64,000 nucleotides of DNA from Arenicellales bacterium (GTDB lineage: Bacteria; Pseudomonadota; Gammaproteobacteria; Arenicellales; JAHEKD01), in the NCBI GenBank assembly GCA_965204695.1, contig OZ242007.1, positions 451,859 through 515,858 of the forward strand, given 5' to 3'. Both the position numbers and the translations under genes were made by a program. This document shows positions 9,149 through 19,300 of the stretch, piece by piece; positions within the stretch are counted from its first letter, which is position 1, and every line of letters starts with the position of its first letter. Below the pieces are notes generated by a model that was given only the letters and a program-made list of their open reading frames with translations, had not been told where the DNA came from and did no database searches.

Positions 9149-9673
9149 CTATTTAGGCAATTCACCTTTGATAATCTGCGGTATACCGGCAACCATAAAC
9201 ACAACAGTCTCCACATGCTCGGCAAGCCGTTGATGTAAGCGACCAAGTTCGTCTACAAATTGCCTTGTTTCAGCACCCCTGGGAGTAATCCCCAGGCTAA
9301 TTTCATTAGATACCATGATGATTGGATTGGAAATCTTAGCTAGCATTTTTAAATAATCTTCTCTTTGCTCAATCCAGGTTTGTTCTGAATTATATAGACA
9401 ATTGTTTACCCAAAAACTCATACAATCTATCAAAACACAAGTCGAATCTAATTCAATTTGATTAAGTGAATTAGCTAAATGAATGGGTGATTCTATAGTT
9501 TGCCAATGTTGAGGTCGATCTTGTTGGTGTTTCTCAATACGAGTTTGCATCTCACCATCAACAGCCACTCCAGTAGCAATATATGTAACCTCAGGATAGT
9601 TAATGGCCAATGATTCAGCAAAGTTACTCTTGCCAGAACGCGCACCACCAAGAATTAATACAGAATGTAACAA
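9149..9673 (-). CDS. cobU: Bifunctional adenosylcobinamide kinase / adenosylcobinamide-phosphate guanylyltransferase
   Basis: The 174-aa protein has the P-loop 'GGARSGKS' and a CobU/CobP-like length and sequence. It appears to use a TTG start. Confidence 0.8.
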   Translation of the reverse strand: MLHSVLILGGARSGKSNFAESLAINYPEVTYIATGVAVDGEMQTRIEKHQQDRPQHWQTIESPIHLANSLNQIELDSTCVLIDCMSFWVNNCLYNSEQTWIEQREDYLKMLAKISNPIIMVSNEISLGITPRGAETRQFVDELGRLHQRLAEHVETVVFMVAGIPQIIKGELPK

Positions 9674-9887
9674 AATTAATTAGCCATGATCTCGGGGCTT
9701 TGGTGTGGATGTCAGTAGAGTTGAGCCGGGCTTGAATCCTTTTCTAACCAAGCTGTAAACGATGTCTACTTGGGTTTTAATTTGCAACTCCTTGCTCATC
9801 CAAAATGGCTACTGACATGTTTTCAAGGATTGAAATATACGTGATACAAACTGTAAACAATGTCTTTAATACGAACTGGCTTAGTTA

Positions 9888-9963
9888 TGGCGTCCCCACG
9901 GGGATTCGAACCCCGGTTGCCGCCGTGAAAGGGCGGTGTCCTAGGCCTCTAGACGATGGGGAC
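9888..9963 (-). tRNA. tRNA-Glu (UUC)
   Basis: The reverse complement is GTCCCCATCGTCTAGAGGCCTAGGACACCGCCCTTTCACGGCGGCAACCGGGGTTCGAATCCCCGTGGGGACGCCA. This is nearly identical to enterobacterial tRNA-Glu, and the CCA is encoded. Confidence 0.95.
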
Positions 9964-9975
9964 CCTGGACTTAGT

Positions 9976-10158
9976 ACCGGCACATTATCTAATAACTCAA
10001 TGCCGGTGCTTGTGCTGGCACATTATCTAATAGCTCAATGCCGGTGCTGGCTCCTTAGCTAATAAAGCAATACCAGCCTTGTGCCGACACTTTATACATT
10101 AACAATAAAAATCGGCCTTAGTTCCGGCACATTAGCATTCTAACCAAATACCGGAGCT
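9976..10158. repeat. Five degenerate tandem units of about 38 bp, each a short GC stem around an AT-rich loop of about 18-22 nt, in the tRNA-Ala/tRNA-Glu spacer
   Basis: Units 1 and 2 (9976-10010 and 10014-10048) are near-identical: (A/G)C(C/T)GGCACATTATCTAATA(A/G)CTCAATGCCGGTGCT. Units 3-5 keep the stem-loop-stem layout (CTGG..CCAG, GCCGA..TCGGC, TCCGG..CCGGA). Confidence 0.7.
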
Positions 10159-10164
10159 GTTATC

Positions 10165-10240
<76 letters not shown>

Positions 10241-10338
10241 GAAGGCCGTGTATCGTAAGGCTTGAGAGCTAAATGGTCAAGTCTTTCTAAAGAATAAGTT
10301 TTAAGATTATGAAGAAGAATTTATATTACTTTTTAGTG

Positions 10339-10627
10339 CTACTTTTCAATAAATTGCCCGTCTGCATATTTGTACAGAACACTGGCAGCAAGCGTTTGAT
10401 AAGGTATACCTTCTTTTAGCGCGCCCCTTCAACACTCTTAGATCTTTAGAAGATAAACGTATATTAATTCTCGCATCTTTTCTAAATGTAGCGTCGGCGA
10501 TGACTTGATGCTGTTTAATGGATTAAGCAACGTTTTTTGAGCGCTTTGAGTTCACCGTGTTCAAACGAAATCCCTCTTGTTTGTATAAGTACTTCATTTT
10601 CTGATGCGCTCCATGCATACACTTTCA
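10339..10627 (-). pseudogene. Decayed BrnT/BrnA-type toxin-antitoxin pair: truncated toxin start plus frameshifted antitoxin C-terminus
   Basis: The minus strand gives MKVYAWSASENEVLIQTRGISFEHGELKALKKRCLIH*, which looks like a BrnT N-terminus. It then gives ..ADATFRKDARINIRLSSKDLRVLKG, a frameshift near 10419-10427, and ALKEGIPYQTLAASVLYKYADGQFIEK*, which looks like a BrnA ribbon-helix-helix C-terminus. Confidence 0.55.
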
Positions 10628-10798
10628 TAGTTGAATTTTATCTCACATTGTGTGCATTTTGTTATCAGCACTAATTATAAACTGTGAATTATTTACGTAG
10701 ATATTAGACGCTAATTTGAATTTAATAGATAGAACAAAAACAAAGATTTATAAGGGGCGTTCGGGATCGAGGATGGACGTGACATTATAAATATAAAT

Positions 10799-11806
10799 AT
10801 GGTGGAGAATGATGAACGACCAAAAAACTATAATTACAGGGTTAAACAAATGAGTATGCTATGGGATGGCTGGATCTGGGTAGCTCTAGCCGTCCCAATT
10901 CTTTATGCCCTGGATGCAATATTAGATGTGTTCTTCGTTGGTAAATCTGTTTACCGAAATCCAGTGCATGCCACCGTCTTAACCGGTTTATTTTCAGGCT
11001 TCGTATTGTTAATCCTATTGTTTCAACCAGGTTCACTCGACAAACCCAATTTGCCTATTTTAATTGTCGCTCTAGCTAACGGAGCCGTTTATTTATTTCA
11101 TGTTTATTTTTATTTCCGGGCATTATTTAAGCTAAATGACTCTTCGAACCTGGAAGTTTTTCTTGGCTTTAGTGTATTTTTGGTGCCAGTTCTGGCCTTT
11201 TTCTTTCTCAATGAAGAATTGATATTCAATCAATATCTTGGCATCTGTATTGCTTTAATTGGTGTGACTATTCTCACAGTAGCCAGTATCCGGCGCAAAT
11301 CCTTTGTTAAAAGTTTATTACCAATGGTTGGTGCAATTATTTTGCTATCCATCGCAATGGTGATTCAAGATGAAATCTATCAGCATGTTTCGTTTCGAAC
11401 CGGATTGATTTATTTCATGGGTGGTAATATTGCTGCGGCACTTTTATTGTGGTTAGGAACAGAATGTAAGGGTGTAATTTCCAGCGCGAAGCGATTCGGA
11501 CCTCTATTTATGTTTTCACAATTTCTTGGATTGTTAGCAGTCGTTTTCGCACAAAGAGCAATAAATATCAGTCCGTCAATCTCTTACGTCGCCGCTATTG
11601 AAACAACTACCCCCTTGTTCATCATGCTGTTCAGTCTATTGTTGTTTCCGTTTTTATCTGTAAATAAAAGACCAGATGCTGCCATTTTTATAATTAAACA
11701 ACAATTGGTTAAAGTTCCCAGCAAGGTCGTTGCCTTTACATTTCTCCTGGTCGGTATTATTTTTATCACCATTCCTGAAAGCGTTAGCCTGACTTTTAAT
11801 CGCTAG
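10799..11806 (+). CDS. Polytopic membrane protein, DMT/EamA-like; the true start may be the Met at 10850
   Basis: About ten hydrophobic segments are visible, with an EamA-like half-domain end 'FFLNEELIFNQYLGICIALIGVTIL'. Confidence 0.45.
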   Translation: MVENDERPKNYNYRVKQMSMLWDGWIWVALAVPILYALDAILDVFFVGKSVYRNPVHATVLTGLFSGFVLLILLFQPGSLDKPNLPILIVALANGAVYLFHVYFYFRALFKLNDSSNLEVFLGFSVFLVPVLAFFFLNEELIFNQYLGICIALIGVTILTVASIRRKSFVKSLLPMVGAIILLSIAMVIQDEIYQHVSFRTGLIYFMGGNIAAALLLWLGTECKGVISSAKRFGPLFMFSQFLGLLAVVFAQRAINISPSISYVAAIETTTPLFIMLFSLLLFPFLSVNKRPDAAIFIIKQQLVKVPSKVVAFTFLLVGIIFITIPESVSLTFNR

Positions 11807-11908
11807 CGTGGCTTAAATTCCTTGTGGTTTATGGCGAAGAGTTTCATTTGACGTATTTTGCTTGTTACAATCACTTTCGACCTGAACAAGCAAAACTATT
11901 TTGGATAA

Positions 11909-13615
11909 ATGCAAAAAATTAAAGCCGCTCTTATCTTATTAACCCTTTCTTTTTTCTCGCTAACAAGTCTTTCGAGTTATTCACAGGAATTACCCTTTTC
12001 AGAAAGAGCGTTAAAAACGATCGAAGAAATTTCCGATTATAAAACACTGATTGGTCAGATTAACGCTGAAAAGAAGGACAAAATCGGTTATGAGGCCAGA
12101 GCGTTAAAAAAGCAACTTGCTGTTAATGAAGAGGCATACCGTAATCTTCTCTGGCAATTTTCTGATGACTTATTGCAACCTGAAAATATCAGCATCAAAA
12201 CTGAGCATCAGCAATTCATCATCTCGCTATTAGCGGATGAATCTACTGTTCTCAAACAGGAAATCGATCAGAATAGCCAAACTGTCGCTGGTCTTGAACA
12301 ACGAATCATTGATGCCAAAAAGAAAATCTTCACCACCAATCAGGCAATCAGTAAAGACAGGCTCGCCGACATTAAATGGCGGTTGTATCTGGAGCGTTTA
12401 AATCAGGAACAGCTTTATACCGCGCTGGTGAAAAATGCCTTGAGGTTGGACTTATTTGGTGAAAATGCCACTGATGACTTGAGCCTGGGAAAACTACTGG
12501 TTCAAAAACAGGCCGACATGCTGTCCGGCATGATTGGCGATACCAGAGACAAACTCATCAAGCTTGATAAACAGATTTCTGTGATCAGAAATGAATCCGA
12601 AACAGGCAAAAAAATCATTACCGATATCGCTTTAAAGAATGTAGATATTCAAAATTATGCTCGCCGATTGCAAAACATGGTTGGCCTGTTGACTGACATG
12701 AACGTGGATTCATCGTTATATAAGAAAACTATCATTCAATCACAAAATATTATCAGCACTGATATTTTCGACCGCAAAGTCGCATCTCACCTTTTCACCG
12801 AATGGTGGCTCAAAACTAAAAAATGGTTCAGCCAACAAGCCCCAACGATTCTTGGCAAAACAATAACTTTCATTAGTATATTGTTAATCGCCTGGTTCAT
12901 TGCGGCTATTGTAAAACGGATGGTTCGAGGTTTGTTCAAACGCACAAATCCTAATATGTCTGAGTTAGCTAAGAATTTCTTAATCGGCGTGTCTTCAAAA
13001 CTAATCATGCTAATCGGCTTTTTGATCGCTCTTTCAAATCTAGGTATTCAAATTGGACCTATTCTTGCTGGCCTTGGTATCATGGGTTTTATCATTGGTT
13101 TTGCGTTTCAGGAAACCTTGTCTAATTTTGCCTCAGGATTGATGATATTGATTTACCGCCCATACGATGTAGGTGACAAAATCCGAATTTCCGGCCTGGA
13201 AGGAAAAGTTAACAAAATGAATTTAGTCAGCACTACAATTTTTACTTCAGCCAATCACCACCTGACAATTCCGAATAATAAAATCTGGAAGGACATTATT
13301 CATAACATTACGTCACAACCGTTAGTGAGAATGGACTTGTTTTTTACAGCACCCTTTAATGCAGCTTCTGACACCGTGCTTGCCCTAATTCGGGACGAAG
13401 TTGAAAGCAACCCGATTGTTATTAAGGACAAGCCCAAGAATGTTCATATTCAAGAATTGGAAGAGGATGGCGTTAAATACATCGCCCGCTTCTGGATAAA
13501 TTCAGATGACATTGATGAAACCCGATGGGTCATCGCTGAAGGCGTTAAAAAGCGTTTTGACGCTAATGGGATTTCAGAGGAAATTATAGAGAGTTTAAAA
13601 GTAAGAATAGCTTAA
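11909..13615 (+). CDS. Mechanosensitive ion channel, MscS family, with a long N-terminal coiled-coil periplasmic domain
   Basis: A signal peptide is followed by about 300 aa of coiled-coil-like sequence, TM helices and the MscS core 'FAFQETLSNFASGLMILIYRPYDVGDKIRISGLEGKV'. Confidence 0.85.
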   Translation: MQKIKAALILLTLSFFSLTSLSSYSQELPFSERALKTIEEISDYKTLIGQINAEKKDKIGYEARALKKQLAVNEEAYRNLLWQFSDDLLQPENISIKTEHQQFIISLLADESTVLKQEIDQNSQTVAGLEQRIIDAKKKIFTTNQAISKDRLADIKWRLYLERLNQEQLYTALVKNALRLDLFGENATDDLSLGKLLVQKQADMLSGMIGDTRDKLIKLDKQISVIRNESETGKKIITDIALKNVDIQNYARRLQNMVGLLTDMNVDSSLYKKTIIQSQNIISTDIFDRKVASHLFTEWWLKTKKWFSQQAPTILGKTITFISILLIAWFIAAIVKRMVRGLFKRTNPNMSELAKNFLIGVSSKLIMLIGFLIALSNLGIQIGPILAGLGIMGFIIGFAFQETLSNFASGLMILIYRPYDVGDKIRISGLEGKVNKMNLVSTTIFTSANHHLTIPNNKIWKDIIHNITSQPLVRMDLFFTAPFNAASDTVLALIRDEVESNPIVIKDKPKNVHIQELEEDGVKYIARFWINSDDIDETRWVIAEGVKKRFDANGISEEIIESLKVRIA

Positions 13616-13617
13616 GT

Positions 13618-15000
13618 TTATAAATACCATTCATATTCACGGCTAAAGATTGATTCCGTGAAAGCATCAAACTCTGCCTGTTTAACATCAGCGTAGATAT
13701 TCAGGTAATCCGAACCAAAATAATCAGCCAAAAGTTCAGCGTCTCTAAGTGCTTGTAGAGATTGCCATAGAGTTAAAGGTAATTCTGAATCGACTTCGCT
13801 ACCGGCATTTCCTGAATGCTTCTCTCCTGCATCGAGTTCATTTTTAATACCGTGATGCACACCCGCCAATACCGCAGCGATTACTAGATATGGATTAGCC
13901 TCTGCGCCGGAAACACGATGCTCAATGCGCCGATTCTTTTCATCACTGGGAGGAATTCGAAACGCAACCGAACGATTATTGTCACCCCAGTCTTTGGTAA
14001 CCGGTACAAATTCATCAGGTTTAAAACGCCGGTAAACATTCAAATTTGGGGCAAATAACGCCATCGCTTCAGGCATAGTCGCTTGCAGGCCCGCTACAGC
14101 ATGAGCAAGTGTTTTACTTGAACTATCACGATCAGCGTCGAATACATTATTACCCTGCTCGTCCTGAAGACTTAAATGAATATGTAAACCACTACCAGAC
14201 TGATCCGCAAACGGCTTAGACATGAATGTCGCATCATAACCCTGCTCCCTGGCCACCGCCCGAATACAACGCCTTAACAATGCAGCATGATCTGCTGCGA
14301 TTAGAGGATCATGTTGGTGTTGTAAATTAACTTCAAACTGTCCGGCACCGTACTCACTAATCATGGTCGTCGTTGGGATATTCTGTAGCTCACAAGCTTG
14401 CTCAATTGCCGACAAAACAGATTGAAACTCATCAAGCTTGTCCAGTGACAATACTTTTCCCTGAGTTTCAGGCCGATCATTGAACGGCGATCTTGCCGCA
14501 ACAGGGTTACCTTCATCATCAAGTTTTGGATCAATCAAATAAAATTCAAGCTCAACGGCCAACACTGGTTTAAGTTTTAGTTCAAAAAATTTTTCAATGA
14601 CCTCTTTTAAGATCTGTCTAGGTTCATACCACAGTGGTTTTCTAGTTTTGTAATCTACAAATTCGCACAATACTTGGCTTCGATTAGAAGCGCCCCAAGG
14701 TACAGGCACCAAAGTATTCGCAATTGGAACTGCAAAGGCATCAGGATCACCATCAGAAAATCCATAACCCATCGGATCGGCAGTATTACCTAACACATCA
14801 ACCAATTGCATGGCCCCACAAACAGGCGTTCCCTGTTTGAAAAACGATTCCATATTTTGCCGTGGCAAGCGTTTACCAATAGCATTCCCACATAAATCAA
14901 TAATCAATACATCCAGATGTGAAGTGTCTGGATAATCTAGTAGGAATTGCTTTAATTCTGGATTTTGTATTTCTTTACTCATTGCTTCAATACTATGCAT
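13618..15000 (-). CDS. Glutamine-synthetase-family ligase, gamma-glutamyl-amine synthetase (PuuA-like)
   Basis: GS catalytic motifs are present: 'EYGAGQFEVNL', 'KPFADQSGSGLHIHLSL' and 'NRSVAFRIP'. The size is 460 aa. Confidence 0.75.
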   Translation of the reverse strand: MHSIEAMSKEIQNPELKQFLLDYPDTSHLDVLIIDLCGNAIGKRLPRQNMESFFKQGTPVCGAMQLVDVLGNTADPMGYGFSDGDPDAFAVPIANTLVPVPWGASNRSQVLCEFVDYKTRKPLWYEPRQILKEVIEKFFELKLKPVLAVELEFYLIDPKLDDEGNPVAARSPFNDRPETQGKVLSLDKLDEFQSVLSAIEQACELQNIPTTTMISEYGAGQFEVNLQHQHDPLIAADHAALLRRCIRAVAREQGYDATFMSKPFADQSGSGLHIHLSLQDEQGNNVFDADRDSSSKTLAHAVAGLQATMPEAMALFAPNLNVYRRFKPDEFVPVTKDWGDNNRSVAFRIPPSDEKNRRIEHRVSGAEANPYLVIAAVLAGVHHGIKNELDAGEKHSGNAGSEVDSELPLTLWQSLQALRDAELLADYFGSDYLNIYADVKQAEFDAFTESIFSREYEWYL

Positions 15001-15157
15001 TCTATCTTGAACATACGCATCATTGCGAGTACCAAAAATATAAGCAACTCAAACTAACCAATTACAATATTGAGGTAGTCTTGAGGAAACTGTTATTCGC
15101 GATATTGGCTCAAGAAGCACAACTATAAAACTTAGCAAGATGTAGTAAAATCATACT

Positions 15158-15343
15158 ATGAAGGTCAAGGAGTTGACGAAATTGATAGAAAGTCATGGAT
15201 GGTACTTAGTTCGTACTAGAGGTAGTCATCGTCAGTATAAGCATACTACCAAGAAAGGCAAAGTCACTATATCTGGAAAGCCAAGTGCTGATATTCCTCC
15301 TGGAACATTAAATTCAGCTTTAAAACAAGCAGGGTTAAAATAG
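15158..15343 (+). CDS. hicA: HicA-family mRNA interferase toxin
   Basis: The 61-aa protein contains 'LIESHGWYLVRTRGSHRQYKH' and is followed by a hicB-like gene 6 nt downstream. Confidence 0.85.
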   Translation: MKVKELTKLIESHGWYLVRTRGSHRQYKHTTKKGKVTISGKPSADIPPGTLNSALKQAGLK

Positions 15344-15349
15344 ATAACA

Positions 15350-15562
15350 ATGAAATATGCAGTAGTAATTGAAAAAGGAAATAATGGATTTGGAGCATAC
15401 GTTCCAGATCTTCCTGGTTGTATCGCAGCTGGTGATACCAAAGAAGAAGTAAAACAGTTAATCCAGGAAGCGATAGAGCTTCATATCGAAGCCTTAAAAG
15501 AAGATGGAGAGCCTGTCCCAGACCCGTCCTCTATCATTGAATTTATTGATGTTGCTGCATGA
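15350..15562 (+). CDS. hicB: HicB-family antitoxin, short form
   Basis: The 70-aa protein contains 'GFGAYVPDLPGCIAAGDTKEEV', the typical HicB N-terminal fold signature. Confidence 0.8.
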   Translation: MKYAVVIEKGNNGFGAYVPDLPGCIAAGDTKEEVKQLIQEAIELHIEALKEDGEPVPDPSSIIEFIDVAA

Positions 15563-15663
15563 TAAATTGCTAAAGTGATTCTCAATAACAATTACTTTAA
15601 ACGGCGACATTAGTGAGTTTCTAATGCATTAAATTAGTAGCATTTAGTTACAACCCATTTGTT

Positions 15664-16146
15664 ATGATTTTTCAGCTTCCTATACCTAAAAGCCCTGAAA
15701 TTTTTGAACGAATGATTTGCGATTTGCTAAATAGTACCTACAGCACGACCAGTTTTTCACTTCATGGAAGAAGAGGTCAAAATCAACATGGAATTGATAT
15801 CATCTCTTACGAAAAAAATATTTATTGCCAATGCAAACTACGATTGTCACAGCCCAAAACTAAAAATCAAAAAAAGATCTTTCTCAATGAGCTAGTTAAT
15901 GATGCAAACAGAATCTTGGCTAAAAACAATGAAGTCTCAAAAATAATTTTTGCAACAACACTGAATAATGATACTAAGTTACAAGATCAGATTTCAACTC
16001 TGGGATTTTTCAGTTTTGTCAAAGGATCTTTCGAATTTTGGAGCTGGGATTACATATGTGAGTCAATTTTTTTGCATCAGAAAGTTTTGAATAAATACTT
16101 CCCATTTCGGGAAAAGAAAATTGAGCTTTGCGAAAGCAAATTCTAG
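15664..16146 (+). CDS. Hypothetical protein with an Mrr-like PD-(D/E)xK restriction-endonuclease-type N-terminus
   Basis: The pattern 'FERMICDLL...GRRGQNQHGIDIISYEKNIYCQCK' matches the G..D.GIDxx...xQCK layout of Mrr-cat nucleases. The region is AT-rich and the gene lies next to hicAB. Confidence 0.35.
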   Translation: MIFQLPIPKSPEIFERMICDLLNSTYSTTSFSLHGRRGQNQHGIDIISYEKNIYCQCKLRLSQPKTKNQKKIFLNELVNDANRILAKNNEVSKIIFATTLNNDTKLQDQISTLGFFSFVKGSFEFWSWDYICESIFLHQKVLNKYFPFREKKIELCESKF

Positions 16147-16355
16147 ACTATGGAACAACTAAAGTCGATATCGAGGACCCTATTTACGTCTATCCTAAAT
16201 CACCATTTCGTATTCAAGTGCAGGCTGACAAACCTATTACTTTGCATTTCAAAACGAAATTTATCTTTTTGCTTAATAACTTCGAAATTTCAACACCTGT
16301 CATATATTTTAATGATCGGACGTTTTTCAATGGTAGAGCTGTTTCACTGAAATAA
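16128..16355 (+). CDS. Hypothetical ORF overlapping the 3' end of the nuclease-like gene; it may be a frameshifted continuation of that gene
   Basis: The ORF opens right after an in-frame stop and overlaps the upstream ORF by 19 nt in another frame. I recognised no motif. Confidence 0.2.
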   Translation: MRKQILDYGTTKVDIEDPIYVYPKSPFRIQVQADKPITLHFKTKFIFLLNNFEISTPVIYFNDRTFFNGRAVSLK

Positions 16356-16366
16356 GATATTTTCAT

Positions 16367-19300
16367 TCAAGGATTAAATTGACCAATAAATACTTGCAAA
16401 GAGCATTCTAATTTAGAGCAAAGAAAATCTGCATCATTTTTGAAAAGAACCATCGGTGGTTTGAATTTGAGGACGTTTTCGTAAGGGCCATCGGTTGAAA
16501 ACAGCACACCGTTTTCTCTTAAGTCGTTGACAATATCACTGGCGAGTTCGGTTGCGGGTTCGAGGGTTTGTCTGTCTTTAACGAGTTCCAGTCCTAAGAA
16601 GAATCCTTTGCCTCTGACATCGCCTATTACTTCATGTTTTTGTTTTAATTCATTGAATTCATTCAATAAATAACTTCCAGTATTTAATGCATTTTGCATT
16701 AAACCTTCGTTTTCGATTACGTCCATTACCGCCATGCCGACCGCTGTAGAGACCGGATTTCCGCCGAATGAGTTGAAGTATTCCATGCCATTGGCAAATT
16801 TGTTGGCTAATTCTTGTGTTGTCACTACTGCTGCCAGTGGGTGACCATTGCCGATAGGTTTTCCCAAAACTACGATGTCTGGTACAACATCTTGTAACTC
16901 AAATGCCCAGAAGTTTGAACCCACACGACCGAACCCACATTGCACTTCGTCTGCGATACAAAGCCCTCCTTCTTTTCTGACGGCCTCATAGGCAGCTGTT
17001 AAATAACCGTCGGGATAGACCACCTGCCCGCCTACTCCGGAAATGGATTCAGCGATAAATGCTGCAGGCCCGTGACCGGTTCTTTGCTTAATGTTTTCGA
17101 CGCACTCTGCTACTGATTGTGCATAAGCCATTCCTGATTCTTGGCCCATGCCCTTATGTGGCCCACGATAAGGATCCGGAAATTCTGCGATCTCTACGAA
17201 TTCAGGTTTGGTGAAACCGCCCTTGCGTTTGAATTTGTATGGACTAATTTCGACGGCAGCCGCTGAATTTCCGTGATAGCCCCAATCAAGCACGATGGTG
17301 TCTTTGACACCGGTTGCCGTTCTGGCTATACGCAGTGCTAACTCATTTGCTTCAGTACCAGAATTAACGAAATAAACCACGGATAATGGATCAGGCAACG
17401 TTACGGCTATTCGCTCAGCAAAATCCAATATGGTTCTGTGTAAATAACGGGTATTGGTGTTTAACACTTTAGCTTGCTGCTGTAGCGCTTCAACCACATG
17501 GGGATGACAATGCCCGACATGGCAAATATTGTTCACACAGTCGAGATACTGCCGACCGGTTTGATCAAATAAATAAGCGCCCTGTCCTCGAACAATGTTT
17601 AATTTATTTCGGTACGAAATACTTAATGATGGGCCAAGCAGTCGCTGACGGCGTTCAAGCAAATCTGAATCATCTAATAATTCAAATGATTCAGGTGCAA
17701 GTTGTGTAATTAAATTTGGGTCAGGACAAATTTCTGACCAAACGGGCCATAACGACTTTTCCCCAACACCGTTGAAACCCGCCCTTAAACCCAACATGTC
17801 TGTCATGATCTGAAAATGCAGGTGCGGAACCCAGTTGCCATTAACCTCAAATTTACCGATATGACCAATCAGTTGCCCAGCCTCAACTTCCTGACCTTGT
17901 TCTAACAGATCAAAAGCGGTATGAGATAAATGACCATAAAGTGTATAAAACTTAACCCTGCCATCACCTGCTTCATGTTCCAACATAATAGTCGGTCCAA
18001 AACCAAGCTGCACGGCATTATCATCCAACGCATATACCCTTCCTGGCAACGGGGCATAAAGTGCTTCACCTGCGTCAATGAATATGTCTAAACCCAAGTG
18101 CATAGTGCGATGTTCGGGGGAGATCGCGCTTGCAAATTGATCGGCGGTATAAACATTACGATCCTCACCATAAAGGCCGATTAAGTATGCAATTGAATTG
18201 GCTTTATCTTCATCCGTCAGTAAATCTTGGTAGTGTTCAGCCCGAGAATTTTCGACAATGTTATTCAAAGGCAGCACTCGACGGGGAGATCGCTTCAGAT
18301 CGATATCAAACATATTAACAGGTTGATTTTCTGACGAGGACAACCAGTCAACAATCTTCTCATGATCTTTTATTGCCGAATAACCTGCCGCCTTGCGAAA
18401 AACTGCTGTAATAAAACCTGGATTGATTTCTTGCATGCGCCAAAGCAAATCAAAAGCGGGTTTTTGAGATACCAACAGGTAATCATTATCCTGATAATCC
18501 TTTGCTCTAAACGATGAGATACAAACACTCATTACTAGGCGCATACGAATCAGATCAAACAAGATGTCCAGCTCGTCTTCTAACAAAGGAAATTTTTTTA
18601 CATACCCTTTTATAATTTGCTGGCTGGCGGCGTACAAGTCATCTTCACCTTGCAAGACATAGGCCATAGCAACTGCAAGCTCATTAATCTGCTTGCCAAA
18701 GCATAGGTCGCCATAATCGATTAATCCTGTCACTATTTTTTCTTCAGAATTAACGATAATGTTGTTGTCGTTGGCGTCTTGATGCACTACAGCACAACGC
18801 AAATTCTTTAGCTTAGGCAAAACATGTTGCTCATAGCGTTCAAATAACTCAGCGATTAACTGCCGATTATCCTGATTCTCTATGTGGTCTATATAGGCTT
18901 TGCATTGAATCGCATTATCCAGATTCCAAAGAAATTCACTACGATGTGCTGCCGGATGACCAAAACTGGAAAGAGATTTAGACAACCTGCCCAAGTATTC
19001 CCCCAAGCTGAGCAATAGATCAGGCGACTTATTTACTTCACTGTACAACTCGCCTTGTAAAAAACTGACCAGTCGTACGCGATGTTGGCCTTGTTCACTT
19101 GTTATTGTTTGAATTGATTGTTCATCTGTGCCCTCAATCACCTCAGGCACCAATCCTTTCATCCCGCTACGATTCAGATGGCCCAGAGCAGTATTCTGCA
19201 AATCCAAAATATTTGAGTCTTCTGCAATGTTTGAAATTTTCAAAACGAAATCACCCGAATCACTACTTACTTTTACATTTTGATCTCGTTCGCTAACTAA

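Noticed and set aside
9674-9887. A possible second cobalamin riboswitch upstream of cobU; the minus strand reads GGTTAGAAAAGGATTCAAGCCCGG.
   Set aside because: The resemblance is only superficial. There is no B12 box and neither the GCCACTG nor the GGGAAxxxGGTG elements are present.
9805-10062. An 85-aa plus-strand ORF.
   Set aside because: It runs antisense through tRNA-Glu and the spacer repeats. It is an artefact of the tRNA region.
9976-10158. The tandem repeats between the tRNAs as a CRISPR array.
   Set aside because: The units are contiguous and degenerate, with no unique spacers between them. They are far too few and too short, and no cas genes are present.
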